A stretch of 64,000 bases of DNA from a virus, in the IMG/VR virus record IMGVR_UViG_3300035698_019747, positions 88,403-152,402 of that record; one strand, given 5' to 3'. The notes under the pieces were generated by a model that worked only from the letters and a program-made list of their open reading frames with translations, did not search any database and was not told where the DNA came from. Shown in pieces: positions 1 to 10,363 of this stretch (the first letter of the stretch is position 1; the number at the start of each line of letters is the position of its first letter). Position numbers and translations under genes: made by a program.

Positions 1-2
1 TT

Positions 3-200
3 TTAAGAACAGAAGGTGAAGAATATAATGTTTTTATTATTAAAAAAGATGATAAAAAATATGCTATTAAAGTAGCTAAACCATATAATATAATTAAGTG
101 TAAATTGCATTTTTTTAGAGATAAAGACAAAGAAGATATAGAAAAAATAATAGAAAAAGTTTATGAGAAATATGAAGAGTTACGACACCTCAAAAAATAA
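3..200 (+). CDS. 5'-truncated hypothetical protein running in from the window edge
   Basis: Open frame from position 3 (LRTEGEEYNVFIIKK...) to TAA at 198-200. Confidence 0.5.
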   Translation, partial: LRTEGEEYNVFIIKKDDKKYAIKVAKPYNIIKCKLHFFRDKDKEDIEKIIEKVYEKYEELRHLKK

Positions 201-573
201 ATCAATATTTGATAAAAATAAATGTTTATTTATAGTAAATGTCACATTTGATCAAAATACAAGCAGACGAAGATCAGATGAAACTTTAGCTAATATGAAC
301 GCTTATTTTAATGATGGACACGATAATAAAGATGCTATATTCATAATAACATCATCAACAGGGGAATATAATAAAACAGATATAAAATTATTGTACTCAC
401 CATTTAAAAACTATGCAATTGACTTAGAAAGTAGCCTAGAGAAAACCCTTGGTGAAATAATAGATGTGACTAATCATAAAATTGATAGTTTACCGATGAG
501 TGTTGATGCAAAACAAGAACTAAGGGCTGCTATAAGGCAAGTTAATATTGAATCTATACTTAATCAAGGTTAA
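163..573 (+). CDS. hypothetical protein
   Basis: 136-aa ORF; the start may lie further downstream because it overlaps the preceding partial ORF. Confidence 0.5.
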   Translation: MRNMKSYDTSKNKSIFDKNKCLFIVNVTFDQNTSRRRSDETLANMNAYFNDGHDNKDAIFIITSSTGEYNKTDIKLLYSPFKNYAIDLESSLEKTLGEIIDVTNHKIDSLPMSVDAKQELRAAIRQVNIESILNQG

Positions 574-1201
574 TATCATCTATATTACCAGACTTGAAAT
601 TTCTCTGCTTAATCACAGGTATCTCACCTGGTGTTAACTGTAATACCTTATCTGAATTTAATTCAAAGTCAATGTCCATAAAGTTATAATTGAAGGTCAA
701 CGTAAAAGTACTTTCCTCAAATGATTGTTGGTTATATGCGAATATAATTTCTGATAAATTGGTTAATATAATTTCCTTAAAACTTATTGTATAAATTGCG
801 TCCCTATGAATATCTAATGCAATTATTTGAAATGGACTTCCAAATATTTCTTTTACATCCAAATATGTATTTGTAAATATATCATATAATAATAAGTAAT
901 TTAAACTACTATCAACATTTCTAAATTGTACAGTTAATTCACGAGTACTGGCTATATCATTGATGTTAGTTACAGGCTTATAATTACGCTGTTTACCACG
1001 CATCAATGTTTGAGTAGGTGTTTGAAGTGAAAGACCAGGAAATGATATTTCCTTTATTGTTGAATTTATATAATCTAATATATTTTCATATTGTACCCAA
1101 TTCTTTTCTAATAATGGTGTATATCTATCTATTATGGACTCTGGAACAATATCTTGTGGTAAGTTAAATACAAACTGTGATCCTTGTGAATTAATTCTCA
1201 T
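560..1201 (-). CDS. tail tube / tail-completion-like protein (T4 gp19/gp3/gp54 fold)
   Basis: ISFPGLSL...LTVQFR...LSEI.F...FTLTFNYNFMDI pattern typical of tail-tube-fold proteins. Confidence 0.5.
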   Translation of the reverse strand: MRINSQGSQFVFNLPQDIVPESIIDRYTPLLEKNWVQYENILDYINSTIKEISFPGLSLQTPTQTLMRGKQRNYKPVTNINDIASTRELTVQFRNVDSSLNYLLLYDIFTNTYLDVKEIFGSPFQIIALDIHRDAIYTISFKEIILTNLSEIIFAYNQQSFEESTFTLTFNYNFMDIDFELNSDKVLQLTPGEIPVIKQRNFKSGNIDDINLD

Positions 1202-1241
1202 AGAGTTTTTTTAATATATATTATATATAAGAAGTGCTTAA

Positions 1242-2381
1242 ATGAAACCCACCCATATGAAATACAAACTGAAATACTATAATCAATTTATTAACGAATC
1301 TAAAATTTCTAAAACACTATATCATGGGTCACCATATATATTTAGTGAATTTAAAAAAGGGCACACATTTTTCTCAGATACACCAAGGTTTGCAGTTGAA
1401 TATTCAGAAACTAAGAGTCAAGATTATCAAATGGATAGAGAGTCTAATTTATACAAAGTTAGTGTTATTGGTAATATATTTGATATTAATGATGAAATAT
1501 GCGAGAACGATATTAGAAAAATATTACCAAATGAAATATCTTATATTTATAATGATTTTGGTTTTGATGCTTCTCTACCTATCGATGAATTTATATTAAA
1601 TATGAAAGGGTTTTTTACAAATGAACCAGTTGAAAATATAAATAATTATAAAGTAGGTGGATATTATGTAACAAATGATAACAGTAAATATTTATTTATC
1701 AAAAAGGATAAAGACTATATTTATGGTATACTATATTCAAGTATTGAGCGAGAAATAGATGTCTATTATATGATGGATAATTATAGTGAAATATATAAAG
1801 ATATAAAAAATTTCACTAAAGAATGGGGTAAAAAGCTACAAGAACCAACACATGGTGGTCACTTAAAAGCTCTTGCAACAGTACTATTTAAAAATAAAGA
1901 AATGTTTGGGATTGCTAAACCTAATGAAGAAGATCACGAAAAATTCATTGCTCTCAGAAATGATATTAGAACTCAATTAATAGATAATAATAAATATATT
2001 AAAAAGTTTTTATTGACCACTAAAGTAGATACACTCATTGATACATGGAGATTTTATGAGAATAAAACAATTTTAGAAGCAATTATTAAACTTGGTTATG
2101 AAGGATATGTTGCTAAAGAAGAAAATGAAAATACTTATAATATCTTTGATCCTAGTCAAAGTGTTAAAATATTAAAATATGAATTCCCATATGGTAGGGA
2201 GTTCAATGATATTAATGACTACCGAGCATTTGATGTTTATTCTTCAAATATTTATAAAGAAATGAAAAAGTTGAATATTAGTACGATTTTATATAATAGT
2301 TATGATATTTATAGTTATTATAAAGAACAACTAGACATTAAAGATGCTATCAAAAATATAATAAAGAAGTCAGAAGATTAA
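1242..2381 (+). CDS. ADP-ribosyltransferase-like domain protein with N-terminal capsid-targeting-like peptide
   Basis: LYHGS...F...FFSD...A.EY motif; MKYKLKYYNQFINES leader (probable start 1257); TTAATATATA at 1211-1220. Confidence 0.5.
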   Translation: MKPTHMKYKLKYYNQFINESKISKTLYHGSPYIFSEFKKGHTFFSDTPRFAVEYSETKSQDYQMDRESNLYKVSVIGNIFDINDEICENDIRKILPNEISYIYNDFGFDASLPIDEFILNMKGFFTNEPVENINNYKVGGYYVTNDNSKYLFIKKDKDYIYGILYSSIEREIDVYYMMDNYSEIYKDIKNFTKEWGKKLQEPTHGGHLKALATVLFKNKEMFGIAKPNEEDHEKFIALRNDIRTQLIDNNKYIKKFLLTTKVDTLIDTWRFYENKTILEAIIKLGYEGYVAKEENENTYNIFDPSQSVKILKYEFPYGREFNDINDYRAFDVYSSNIYKEMKKLNISTILYNSYDIYSYYKEQLDIKDAIKNIIKKSED

Positions 2382-4300
2382 AAATTTCTAAATATTGAAT
2401 TATTTAAGAAAGGGTCATTAATCAAAGAAAATGTAGTTGAACTATCACTTATAATATTCACATCACTTATAGTTTGAGTACTAACAGTAGTAGTTACATT
2501 AACATTAGTGTTTTCATCAGCTCTTCTTCTAGTAACAATGGCTAACTCTCTATTACTATCTCTTCGTATCTCAACATCACTATTTTCTCTTTGGAAATCC
2601 CTACCTAATTCATTTACATACTCTATACTATCACTCATAATAAATGTGCCCCCATATATAACTGAAGTCTCATTGGTTGACTCATTGGTTGAAGTAATAT
2701 AAAATACATTAACCCCACTCTGGTATATTCTTCGAACACTATTTACATTCTCTTTTTTTAATTTAAATACAACTGTTCCATTAGTCAAGTCGTTTTCTTC
2801 ACTACTTCTATATAAATCAGTACTTATTTCAGAATCGAAATTCTTGAACTTTAAACTTATCGTACCTAAATCAACCAAATTAAAATAACTTACTTTAGTT
2901 TCTACATTTTTAGCAATAGTGAATTTTATAATGTTATCAAATGGATTAATAATTAACTTTAACTTACCACTACCTTTCCATTCTCTACTATCTAATAATG
3001 ATGACTCACTTTTAACGACTACATTATTAGTACTTACTAAAACTGGCGTTGGTACCTTAACCACCTCAAAATTATTACTACTATTACTATCCCCTAACTG
3101 ATTATTAAGTTCAGCATAGTTTCTTTTATTAAGACCCTTTATAGCATCACTCAAACTAGCACCGCTTCTTAAATTATATATCTTAGCACTTTTTACATTC
3201 TTTGTATTGATACGCACAAGGCTTCTAGAGTACTTATTAATTTCTTTGGGTAAAATACCATATGATGCTGTTCTAAGTATCACAGAACCGTCTACTTGGT
3301 CTATTATACGCATAGACACATCTATTACAGCAGTAGTAGAACTATATTTTATAATTGGTCTATATTCTAATTTTTCATTGAAATCATCATATACTGAAAT
3401 ATTAATTGTTTTCCCCTTAATATTTTCCTCAAATAAAGTTATTGAATATTCAGCAAAATACCTCTTACCCATACTAACTGAATTAGTTATAAAACTATTG
3501 AATTCCGAAATATTACCATTATAAATTCCATATATATCAAACCAATCCCCCTCGGCACTTGGCTCAACTTTAATACCCATACTTTGGTAATCAGGAGTTT
3601 GTGGAAATGATGTTTGTAATGGACTTGATAAAATATAAGTAGTTATGTCATTTAATATAGTTTTTTTAGCAATAAATCCAAACTCAACCATAACAGGGGA
3701 CACCCTAGATAAACCGATATTAGATGTTAAATTATAATTTATAGTATTTGGTGAAACTATATTGTTTAATATCTGATTAGAAACCGCGTTAATAGATGGG
3801 AATGAAACTTCAATAAATTTACCCCATGTACTTCCATTTATACTTTGTGGTGGAGAAGAAATCTCTAATTCTCTATTAAACCTATTCTGATCTTGTTTAT
3901 CAAAGAAAAATTGTGATAAAGAAATTAACTTATCTTCATTACTATCAAGTGCAAGAACCTTTAAATAACAACCACCATATTCTGAGAAATTATAGTTAAC
4001 TGGAAAGTGTAATTTAATCCTATCATGTTTGATTGGTAGGTTTTGACTATATTCCTTGTCTTGTAAGAAATTATATATTGTACTATCTTTTACACCAACA
4101 CTATTTCTTATTGGATCAATGGTCACATATTGGTTAGAATACTTATTAGTTATATCAATAGTATTTTTAACTGAATAACTTTGAGTCAAATCGGTTAAGT
4201 TCTTACTGACAATATAGCTATCACCCCTTAGATAATTATCATCGTAAATGTACTCCATTAGTACATTTGAGTCAAGTTGTATAAATTTAGAATTTCTCAT
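2378..4300 (-). CDS. probable virion structural protein
   Basis: Long beta-rich ORF; start moved to ATG 4300 (MRNSKF), which follows an AATATATA motif. Confidence 0.5.
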   Translation of the reverse strand: MRNSKFIQLDSNVLMEYIYDDNYLRGDSYIVSKNLTDLTQSYSVKNTIDITNKYSNQYVTIDPIRNSVGVKDSTIYNFLQDKEYSQNLPIKHDRIKLHFPVNYNFSEYGGCYLKVLALDSNEDKLISLSQFFFDKQDQNRFNRELEISSPPQSINGSTWGKFIEVSFPSINAVSNQILNNIVSPNTINYNLTSNIGLSRVSPVMVEFGFIAKKTILNDITTYILSSPLQTSFPQTPDYQSMGIKVEPSAEGDWFDIYGIYNGNISEFNSFITNSVSMGKRYFAEYSITLFEENIKGKTINISVYDDFNEKLEYRPIIKYSSTTAVIDVSMRIIDQVDGSVILRTASYGILPKEINKYSRSLVRINTKNVKSAKIYNLRSGASLSDAIKGLNKRNYAELNNQLGDSNSSNNFEVVKVPTPVLVSTNNVVVKSESSLLDSREWKGSGKLKLIINPFDNIIKFTIAKNVETKVSYFNLVDLGTISLKFKNFDSEISTDLYRSSEENDLTNGTVVFKLKKENVNSVRRIYQSGVNVFYITSTNESTNETSVIYGGTFIMSDSIEYVNELGRDFQRENSDVEIRRDSNRELAIVTRRRADENTNVNVTTTVSTQTISDVNIISDSSTTFSLINDPFLNNSIFRNF

Positions 4301-4351
4301 ATCATATATATTTAATATTAAATTTTCATATCTAATATTAATTACATATCT

Positions 4352-4768
4352 TTGACAAAATGTTATGATATGATGACCGATAAACAACTAGGTATTGATA
4401 TTTTGGATAAACCAGAAAAATATGAGGGTATAAAGCTTTTTCTTATTGCTGAGAAATCTGAAAGTTTTTTACTAGATAGAGGTTTTACTATAATTGACTT
4501 TGAACACTATGATACTTATGTAAATAGACAAATAAACATTGATAAAGCATTAGGCAAAGAATCAGTTGTTAAAGATGATAGCAAAATCATATTAAAGATT
4601 GTGGATTATACACTTAATCTTAAATATATTAGAGAGAATTATCCTAATCAAACTTTTATAGCCACATCATTTATCAGTGATATGACTTATATTTCAGATT
4701 ATGTATTTGGATGTACATGCTCACCCATAAGTAATATTTATGAATTAAAAAATAGAAAAAATGCTTGA
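4352..4768 (+). CDS. hypothetical protein
   Basis: ORF downstream of TATCTTTG (4347-4354); the true start is probably an ATG near 4370. Confidence 0.55.
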   Translation: MTKCYDMMTDKQLGIDILDKPEKYEGIKLFLIAEKSESFLLDRGFTIIDFEHYDTYVNRQINIDKALGKESVVKDDSKIILKIVDYTLNLKYIRENYPNQTFIATSFISDMTYISDYVFGCTCSPISNIYELKNRKNA

Positions 4769-5537
4769 GATTAACACGTATGCCGACCTTAAAAAAGGTG
4801 CAGAAGAATGGAATCCTATTATGACAATTGTTACTAATATTGACACTTGTTGCGATAATATTAATTTTCCACATGAAGATTATCCAGAATATGTCCCTAC
4901 TACTAAAGATGCCATTGAATTCACATTAGAAATTCTAAATGAAAATGGGAAGTTAGTAGAAAGGGATATTAAGGAAATTCATAAAATCGCAATGAAAGGT
5001 AAACCCTATATTAGATTGGGGGATTGGCGAGATATATTAGTGACAGTTTCTGATGAATTAAGACCACCTAAACCATTTCTTATTGCATCAATGATGATGT
5101 CTATCTTACCTATTGAACCCAATATTAATAGAGATGAATTGTTTAGTTGGTATAAAACATTTGAAACTATTCACCCATTTGTAGATGGTAATGGTAGAGT
5201 TGGTGGTATTATACTAGCTGCTATGAGTAAATTTATGTTTGATGATTATATGGTGAATACCAAGATATATCATTATACTTTGGATAATATTATAAAAAGG
5301 TTAGTAAATAAAAATGATAGCCTTTTGAGTAACCCAAAATATTTTGACCAAGAAATATCTTTAGATGAAAAGCGTTTACTATTTTTGGATAAAAAATGCC
5401 ATGATACCAGTAAGATTAAAAATATACTTAAAACTGAAAATTTATTAGACATTTTCAACCAATTAATGAGCAAACGTGATATAAATTCAATTATTAAAAT
5501 GTTTAAAGCTATCAATGATGGAAAAAATTACCAATGA
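4761..5537 (+). CDS. Fic/Doc family protein
   Basis: IHPFVDGNGRVGG Fic motif. Confidence 0.85.
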   Translation: MLEINTYADLKKGAEEWNPIMTIVTNIDTCCDNINFPHEDYPEYVPTTKDAIEFTLEILNENGKLVERDIKEIHKIAMKGKPYIRLGDWRDILVTVSDELRPPKPFLIASMMMSILPIEPNINRDELFSWYKTFETIHPFVDGNGRVGGIILAAMSKFMFDDYMVNTKIYHYTLDNIIKRLVNKNDSLLSNPKYFDQEISLDEKRLLFLDKKCHDTSKIKNILKTENLLDIFNQLMSKRDINSIIKMFKAINDGKNYQ

Positions 5538-5742
5538 GTTACAAAAGATTAGGGTGCGGAAGTTATTATTACTCCCACCCCTCTCTCTTATAGTATTATG
5601 TGCTATAAATATACTAATGAATTATTATATAGGAATTCCAATATTTTTTTCTATATTTGTGTTCTTATTTAGTACAATATATTTTATACTCTCAGTTATG
5701 TTAGTATTATATAGTGATTTCAAAACAAACATTAAAAATTAA
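5515..5742 (+). CDS. small membrane protein
   Basis: Two hydrophobic segments; in operon context. Confidence 0.5.
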   Translation: MMEKITNELQKIRVRKLLLLPPLSLIVLCAINILMNYYIGIPIFFSIFVFLFSTIYFILSVMLVLYSDFKTNIKN

Positions 5743-6081
5743 ATGATAATGATAGACTTTACAGAAGTAAGTGCGGTGAAAAAGAATAAATCAGCCAAAA
5801 CAATTAGTAATTTTATAAACCCATCAGAGAATGTTTCGGTTATAGTTAATTTTGATGAGAATAACTGGGTATGTATTCTTAATTTCCAAGAACAATTGAA
5901 TAAAATATTCAACGATCATAACCCCCACATAGACAGTAAGATGTCATTGGAAGAATTGAAGGATTTAGTAAACTATACTGATTCTATGATATTAAGTGAA
6001 GACTCTTCTAAAATAAAATATATTGAGTTAACAGAAGAACAAGAAAATAAAGAGTATATTAAATATAAATTAATTAATTAA
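5743..6081 (+). CDS. hypothetical protein, tandem paralog A
   Basis: Shares INP...N.DE..W.C.NF..LNK.F...LEELK.LVN.TDSMILSED.SKIKYI with the next ORF. Confidence 0.75.
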   Translation: MIMIDFTEVSAVKKNKSAKTISNFINPSENVSVIVNFDENNWVCILNFQEQLNKIFNDHNPHIDSKMSLEELKDLVNYTDSMILSEDSSKIKYIELTEEQENKEYIKYKLIN

Positions 6082-6083
6082 TT

Positions 6084-6434
6084 ATGGCATCACAGTTAAA
6101 TATAAGCCCACAGGATAAAAATACAACAGCTAGAGCATTTAATGATCTTATAAACCCAAATAAAGCAGAATTCCTAAAGGGTAGAGGGATTATAATCAAT
6201 TTAGATGAAGAAGGATGGGCATGCTGCAACAACTTTTTACATGAATTGAATAAAGTTTTCCAAGGGGAAAATATTGATGTAGATCCTGATCTTGGAATAG
6301 ATTTAGAAGAATTAAAGGGTTTAGTAAACCATACTGATTCTATGATATTAAGTGAAGATTTTTCTAAAATTAAATATATCCAGTTAACTCAAAGACAAAA
6401 GTATAATGAGTTCTATAAATATAGAAATATGTAG
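6084..6434 (+). CDS. hypothetical protein, tandem paralog B
   Basis: Paralog of 5743-6081. Confidence 0.75.
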   Translation: MASQLNISPQDKNTTARAFNDLINPNKAEFLKGRGIIINLDEEGWACCNNFLHELNKVFQGENIDVDPDLGIDLEELKGLVNHTDSMILSEDFSKIKYIQLTQRQKYNEFYKYRNM

Positions 6435-6545
6435 CCATCAATATTAAATATTATTATATATTTAGTATATATCATGATGTTGCACCTTTTTTATGTATTT
6501 GAAAAAATTAATATATAATATATTTAAAAAATAACTTATTTTAAA

Positions 6546-6971
6546 ATGGCTATAATTAAAAAAGTGAAAGATTTCTTTAAAAAAGATACACCTAAGGATA
6601 TGTCAAATAAACATATCACTAAAATGGATAACAATTCTGTAAATGATCAAGCAATGCCTGTTGAGAACTTCAGTGGGGTTTTAGAATATATCACTGCTGA
6701 TATACATAGAATCATTAGGTTAACTTCTTACTTGAAAAATGAACTCACTGATATTTTTGGAAAACATAATGCAAGGTATAGAGGTGAATTTTTCTATTAC
6801 GTTTGGAATTTGGAATTTGATGGAGATACTTTTTGTATATTCACCGCAAATGGGAAAGGTACTACTTTTAATATTCACGCAAACCGTGAGGAAAATAAAT
6901 CAGAAAAATGTATAAACTTCCTACGTAAAATGGATGAATTATTAATAACAATAAATAAAGATGAAAAATAA
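6546..6971 (+). CDS. hypothetical protein
   Basis: 141-aa ORF after TTAATATATA (6508-6517). Confidence 0.65.
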   Translation: MAIIKKVKDFFKKDTPKDMSNKHITKMDNNSVNDQAMPVENFSGVLEYITADIHRIIRLTSYLKNELTDIFGKHNARYRGEFFYYVWNLEFDGDTFCIFTANGKGTTFNIHANREENKSEKCINFLRKMDELLITINKDEK

Positions 6972-7500
6972 TAAAAATACAAGCAGGTTTCTTAGCTTAG
7001 TGCTCAGACATAAACCAGAAGCTCTAGGAATCGTTTTAGATAGTAAGGGATATACTGATACCAAAATATTAATTGATGCTCTTAAAGAAGATGGTTTTGA
7101 TATTGACATAGATATCTTAAAGGACATAGTTGAAACAAATGATAAACAACGTTTTAAATTTAATGAAGATTTTTCAAAGATAAGAGCAAGCCAAGGACAT
7201 TCTGTCATTAAATTAGATTTTGTTAGAAAATTACCACCTGATATTTTATACCATGGGACAGCAAAAACTAATATGAAATCTATTATGAAATCTGGAATAT
7301 CTAAACAGAGAAGACATCACGTACATTTATCTACCAATAAAGATACTGCACTTGATGTTGGTGGACGTTACGGTAGACCCATTGTATTAGAAATTGATGC
7401 TAAAAAAATGAATGCAGATAATATTGAATTTTATTTATCTGATAATAACGTGTGGTTGACAGAGTATGTAGATAGTAAATATATTATAAATAATAAATAA
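6961..7500 (+). CDS. kptA: RNA 2'-phosphotransferase (KptA/Tpt1)
   Basis: SRFLSLVLRH, DKQRF, IRASQGHS, LYHGT, RHHVHLS, NNVWLT motifs. Confidence 0.95.
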   Translation: MKNNKNTSRFLSLVLRHKPEALGIVLDSKGYTDTKILIDALKEDGFDIDIDILKDIVETNDKQRFKFNEDFSKIRASQGHSVIKLDFVRKLPPDILYHGTAKTNMKSIMKSGISKQRRHHVHLSTNKDTALDVGGRYGRPIVLEIDAKKMNADNIEFYLSDNNVWLTEYVDSKYIINNK

Positions 7501-7502
7501 AT

Positions 7503-7694
7503 ATGCCAGAAGCAGTAACAGTAATAAGTAAAGCTAAAGAACTAATTGAAACAGTTGGTTCGGAGAAAGCCATTGAATTTTTTCAAGAAATAATTGATTC
7601 AATTGGTGAACCTAAAAGCTTTGATGATGTGTGCAATATTAGTGGAAATGAATGCGCAATAAAATATATTAAAGATGAAATGAGCACACAATAA
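7503..7694 (+). CDS. hypothetical protein
   Basis: 63-aa ORF immediately after kptA. Confidence 0.55.
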   Translation: MPEAVTVISKAKELIETVGSEKAIEFFQEIIDSIGEPKSFDDVCNISGNECAIKYIKDEMSTQ

Positions 7695-7865
7695 AATATA
7701 TGAAAAAGAATAAAGATGAAATAAGTGGTCAAATAAACGAAGAAATAATTAAATCTAGTGAATACTTGATGCCGAGTTAGAAGCAGAAGAGAAGGCAAAA
7801 TTAAATAAAATAAATTTACTCCGAAGTCAGTTTGGTTTATAATATTTAAATTAAAATAAAAAATT

Positions 7866-8135
7866 ATGAAAAATAACACAATTTCAACTACCACAGAATT
7901 ATCATTCCTTGATTTATGTAGTAGAGTAGATTATTGGAAAACTAGAGCGAATCATTTTGAAGAACTTTATAACGAGGAAAGACAAGAAAATGTTACTAAT
8001 TTAAATAATAGTATAGAATCTGCTAAAAAAGGTGTCGCTAATGCATTATTATTTTCATTGAGTGCCACTGATAACCCTGATGGTAGTATGACTATTGATA
8101 AGGATTCAAGAACAGTTTTAGCTAAATCTTACTGA
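7866..8135 (+). CDS. hypothetical protein
   Basis: 89-aa ORF with A-rich upstream region. Confidence 0.6.
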   Translation: MKNNTISTTTELSFLDLCSRVDYWKTRANHFEELYNEERQENVTNLNNSIESAKKGVANALLFSLSATDNPDGSMTIDKDSRTVLAKSY

Positions 8136-8534
8136 TGCAAAAAAAGGCGATTGATAATCTAAATAGATATGAAAAGAACGATCGGTCTAAATCTGGATTT
8201 CCTGATGAGGTTTCCACACAGAATTATATTATAAAAAACCGTTGCATAAATTGTAAATGCGATTTAGCATTTGGTGAAGTATTATGTGACTTAGAGTGGG
8301 AAATAATTTGATTAGTTAAAGGGAGTGTTTATTTTAATAAACACTTAAAATAAACAAGGATTAGTAGACATAAATATTAATCATTTTGATGATAACACTA
8401 TTCCAGAAACAAACTTAATAATGTTTTCATAATATATATAAGAAGAGGTATTTTTATGCAAGATAAAGACATAAAGACATACATAATGAACCATTTAATT
8501 GATGATGAAAATTATGATAAAAAATTAAATAAAT

Positions 8535-9761
8535 ATGACTACAGAAAAAGTAGATATTGTAATAACTTATTTTGGGGAAGACCTTTCTTGGATAACCAGT
8601 CTTAATCATACCGCTATAAATGAGATAATAATATATAATAAATTAGATGATACTAAATATATACCACTTCCAAATATTGGATTAGATACACACACTATTT
8701 TACATCACATAGTTAATAACTATAACGATTTCAACCCTACTATTTTCTTACAAGGAAACCCATTTGATTCAGGTATTAAACCATCTAATGTCTCTGATAT
8801 TCATAAAATGATAGATGAATTACAAGATGGTGGACATACATTAAACTACCATATAAGTCCTGTAGATTCGTCTTTGATTAATGGTATGATTAGTAATTGG
8901 AAAAATAGAGAGTTGACCCCTGTGGGTACAGACATTAAATCTTGGTGTGAATCAATAGGATTAGGTGTATTAGATAATTTACCAATATATTGGGGTTGTC
9001 AATTTGGAATAAATGATATCATATTATATAATAGAGATATAGATTTCTATAAAGAACTACTTGAATTACATAAAACTAAATATACAGAACTCAGTCATTT
9101 TTTAGAAAGAACTTGGGGGGCAATATTTAATATTTACCCATCAATTTTAAACAATAGAAATAATTTAGGTAATTACCTATCATCTTTGGGTTTAAATGGT
9201 AAGGGTGTAGAAGTGGGGGCATTCAAGGGGGAATTTTCCAAACAACTATTAGAAAATTGGAAAGGCACTCTTTATATGATTGATCCATGGAGAGTGTTAG
9301 ATACTAATGAATATGATAATTTTTATAATCAAAATAACACATATCAAGATACTACTGAAAATATTAAGGGATTTGAAAATAGAGCCTTTATGTTACGTGG
9401 ACTTTCTAATGATTTGGTTGAACTTTTTGAAGACAATAGCTTAGATTTTGTTTATATAGATGCTAATCATGCTTATGATTATGTGAAAGAAGATATTGAT
9501 ATATGGTATCCTAAAATAAAAAAAAATGGAGTTATATCTGGATATGGTTATTGTATGTTTAATAATAAAAAGGTTGGGTGGTATGAAGATAGCACATTCG
9601 CAGAGGATAAGGTAAATAAACATATATGGGACAATGAAGAGAAAATTTATTTGGGGTTATTTGGGGTCAATCCCGCAATAGATAAATTTAGTTTAAATAA
9701 TAGTTATGAGATTAAAGTAACTGATGAGTGGTATAGTACATGGTACTTTATTAAAAAATGA
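8535..9761 (+). CDS. DUF3431-like (glycosyltransferase-related) domain fused to class I SAM methyltransferase
   Basis: N-term LPNIG.D.HT.LHHIV.NY...FLQGNPF...LERTW; C-term GVEVGAFKG...IDPW...LDFVYIDANHAY. Confidence 0.75.
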   Translation: MTTEKVDIVITYFGEDLSWITSLNHTAINEIIIYNKLDDTKYIPLPNIGLDTHTILHHIVNNYNDFNPTIFLQGNPFDSGIKPSNVSDIHKMIDELQDGGHTLNYHISPVDSSLINGMISNWKNRELTPVGTDIKSWCESIGLGVLDNLPIYWGCQFGINDIILYNRDIDFYKELLELHKTKYTELSHFLERTWGAIFNIYPSILNNRNNLGNYLSSLGLNGKGVEVGAFKGEFSKQLLENWKGTLYMIDPWRVLDTNEYDNFYNQNNTYQDTTENIKGFENRAFMLRGLSNDLVELFEDNSLDFVYIDANHAYDYVKEDIDIWYPKIKKNGVISGYGYCMFNNKKVGWYEDSTFAEDKVNKHIWDNEEKIYLGLFGVNPAIDKFSLNNSYEIKVTDEWYSTWYFIKK

Positions 9762-9808
9762 TAAGGGATATTTATATTTTAATAAATACTTAAAAATAAA
9801 GCCTTTAA

Positions 9809-10363
9809 ATGGATTTTAATAGATACTCTAATAGTGACCTAAATAAAGAGATATGTAAAAGTTCAGATGGGTTATTTTATCACCCAAACTTTATCAGTTC
9901 AAGTAAGATAACATTTCTAGAAAAAGTTTTAAGTACAGTAGAGTATAAGATAATTAACGGAAAGCCAATTAAATATTTTGGATTAGAATATTCACATAAT
10001 AAAACTTTACACGATACTATTCAAACAGAACTTTGCGATTTCTTTAATTTAATGAAAGGGATAGATGATACTTTTGATCAAATTTCAATTGAGTTTTATA
10101 AACAAGATGAAGGACATACTTTTATAAAGGAAAGTAAACTATATGATGATACTGTTGTGATAATTAGTTTAGGCGATTTCAAGTATCATTTTAAAGGTGA
10201 GAAAAATTTTGAAATACTTATGGAAAAGGGTAGTCTATTAGTAATAAGTGGTGAATCTAGAAAACTTACTAGGAGAATACGATATATTAAAAATGAAAGG
10301 TTCAATACTATGGTTATACCTAGAGATGACTTCTACTTATTCACATTTAGAAAATTAAGATAA
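9809..10363 (+). CDS. AlkB-like 2OG-Fe(II) dioxygenase fold, apparently degenerate
   Basis: GLFYHPNFIS, FDQ..I.FY, VIISLG, GSLLVISGESR, C-terminal FTFR; no canonical HxD...H. Confidence 0.55.
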   Translation: MDFNRYSNSDLNKEICKSSDGLFYHPNFISSSKITFLEKVLSTVEYKIINGKPIKYFGLEYSHNKTLHDTIQTELCDFFNLMKGIDDTFDQISIEFYKQDEGHTFIKESKLYDDTVVIISLGDFKYHFKGEKNFEILMEKGSLLVISGESRKLTRRIRYIKNERFNTMVIPRDDFYLFTFRKLR

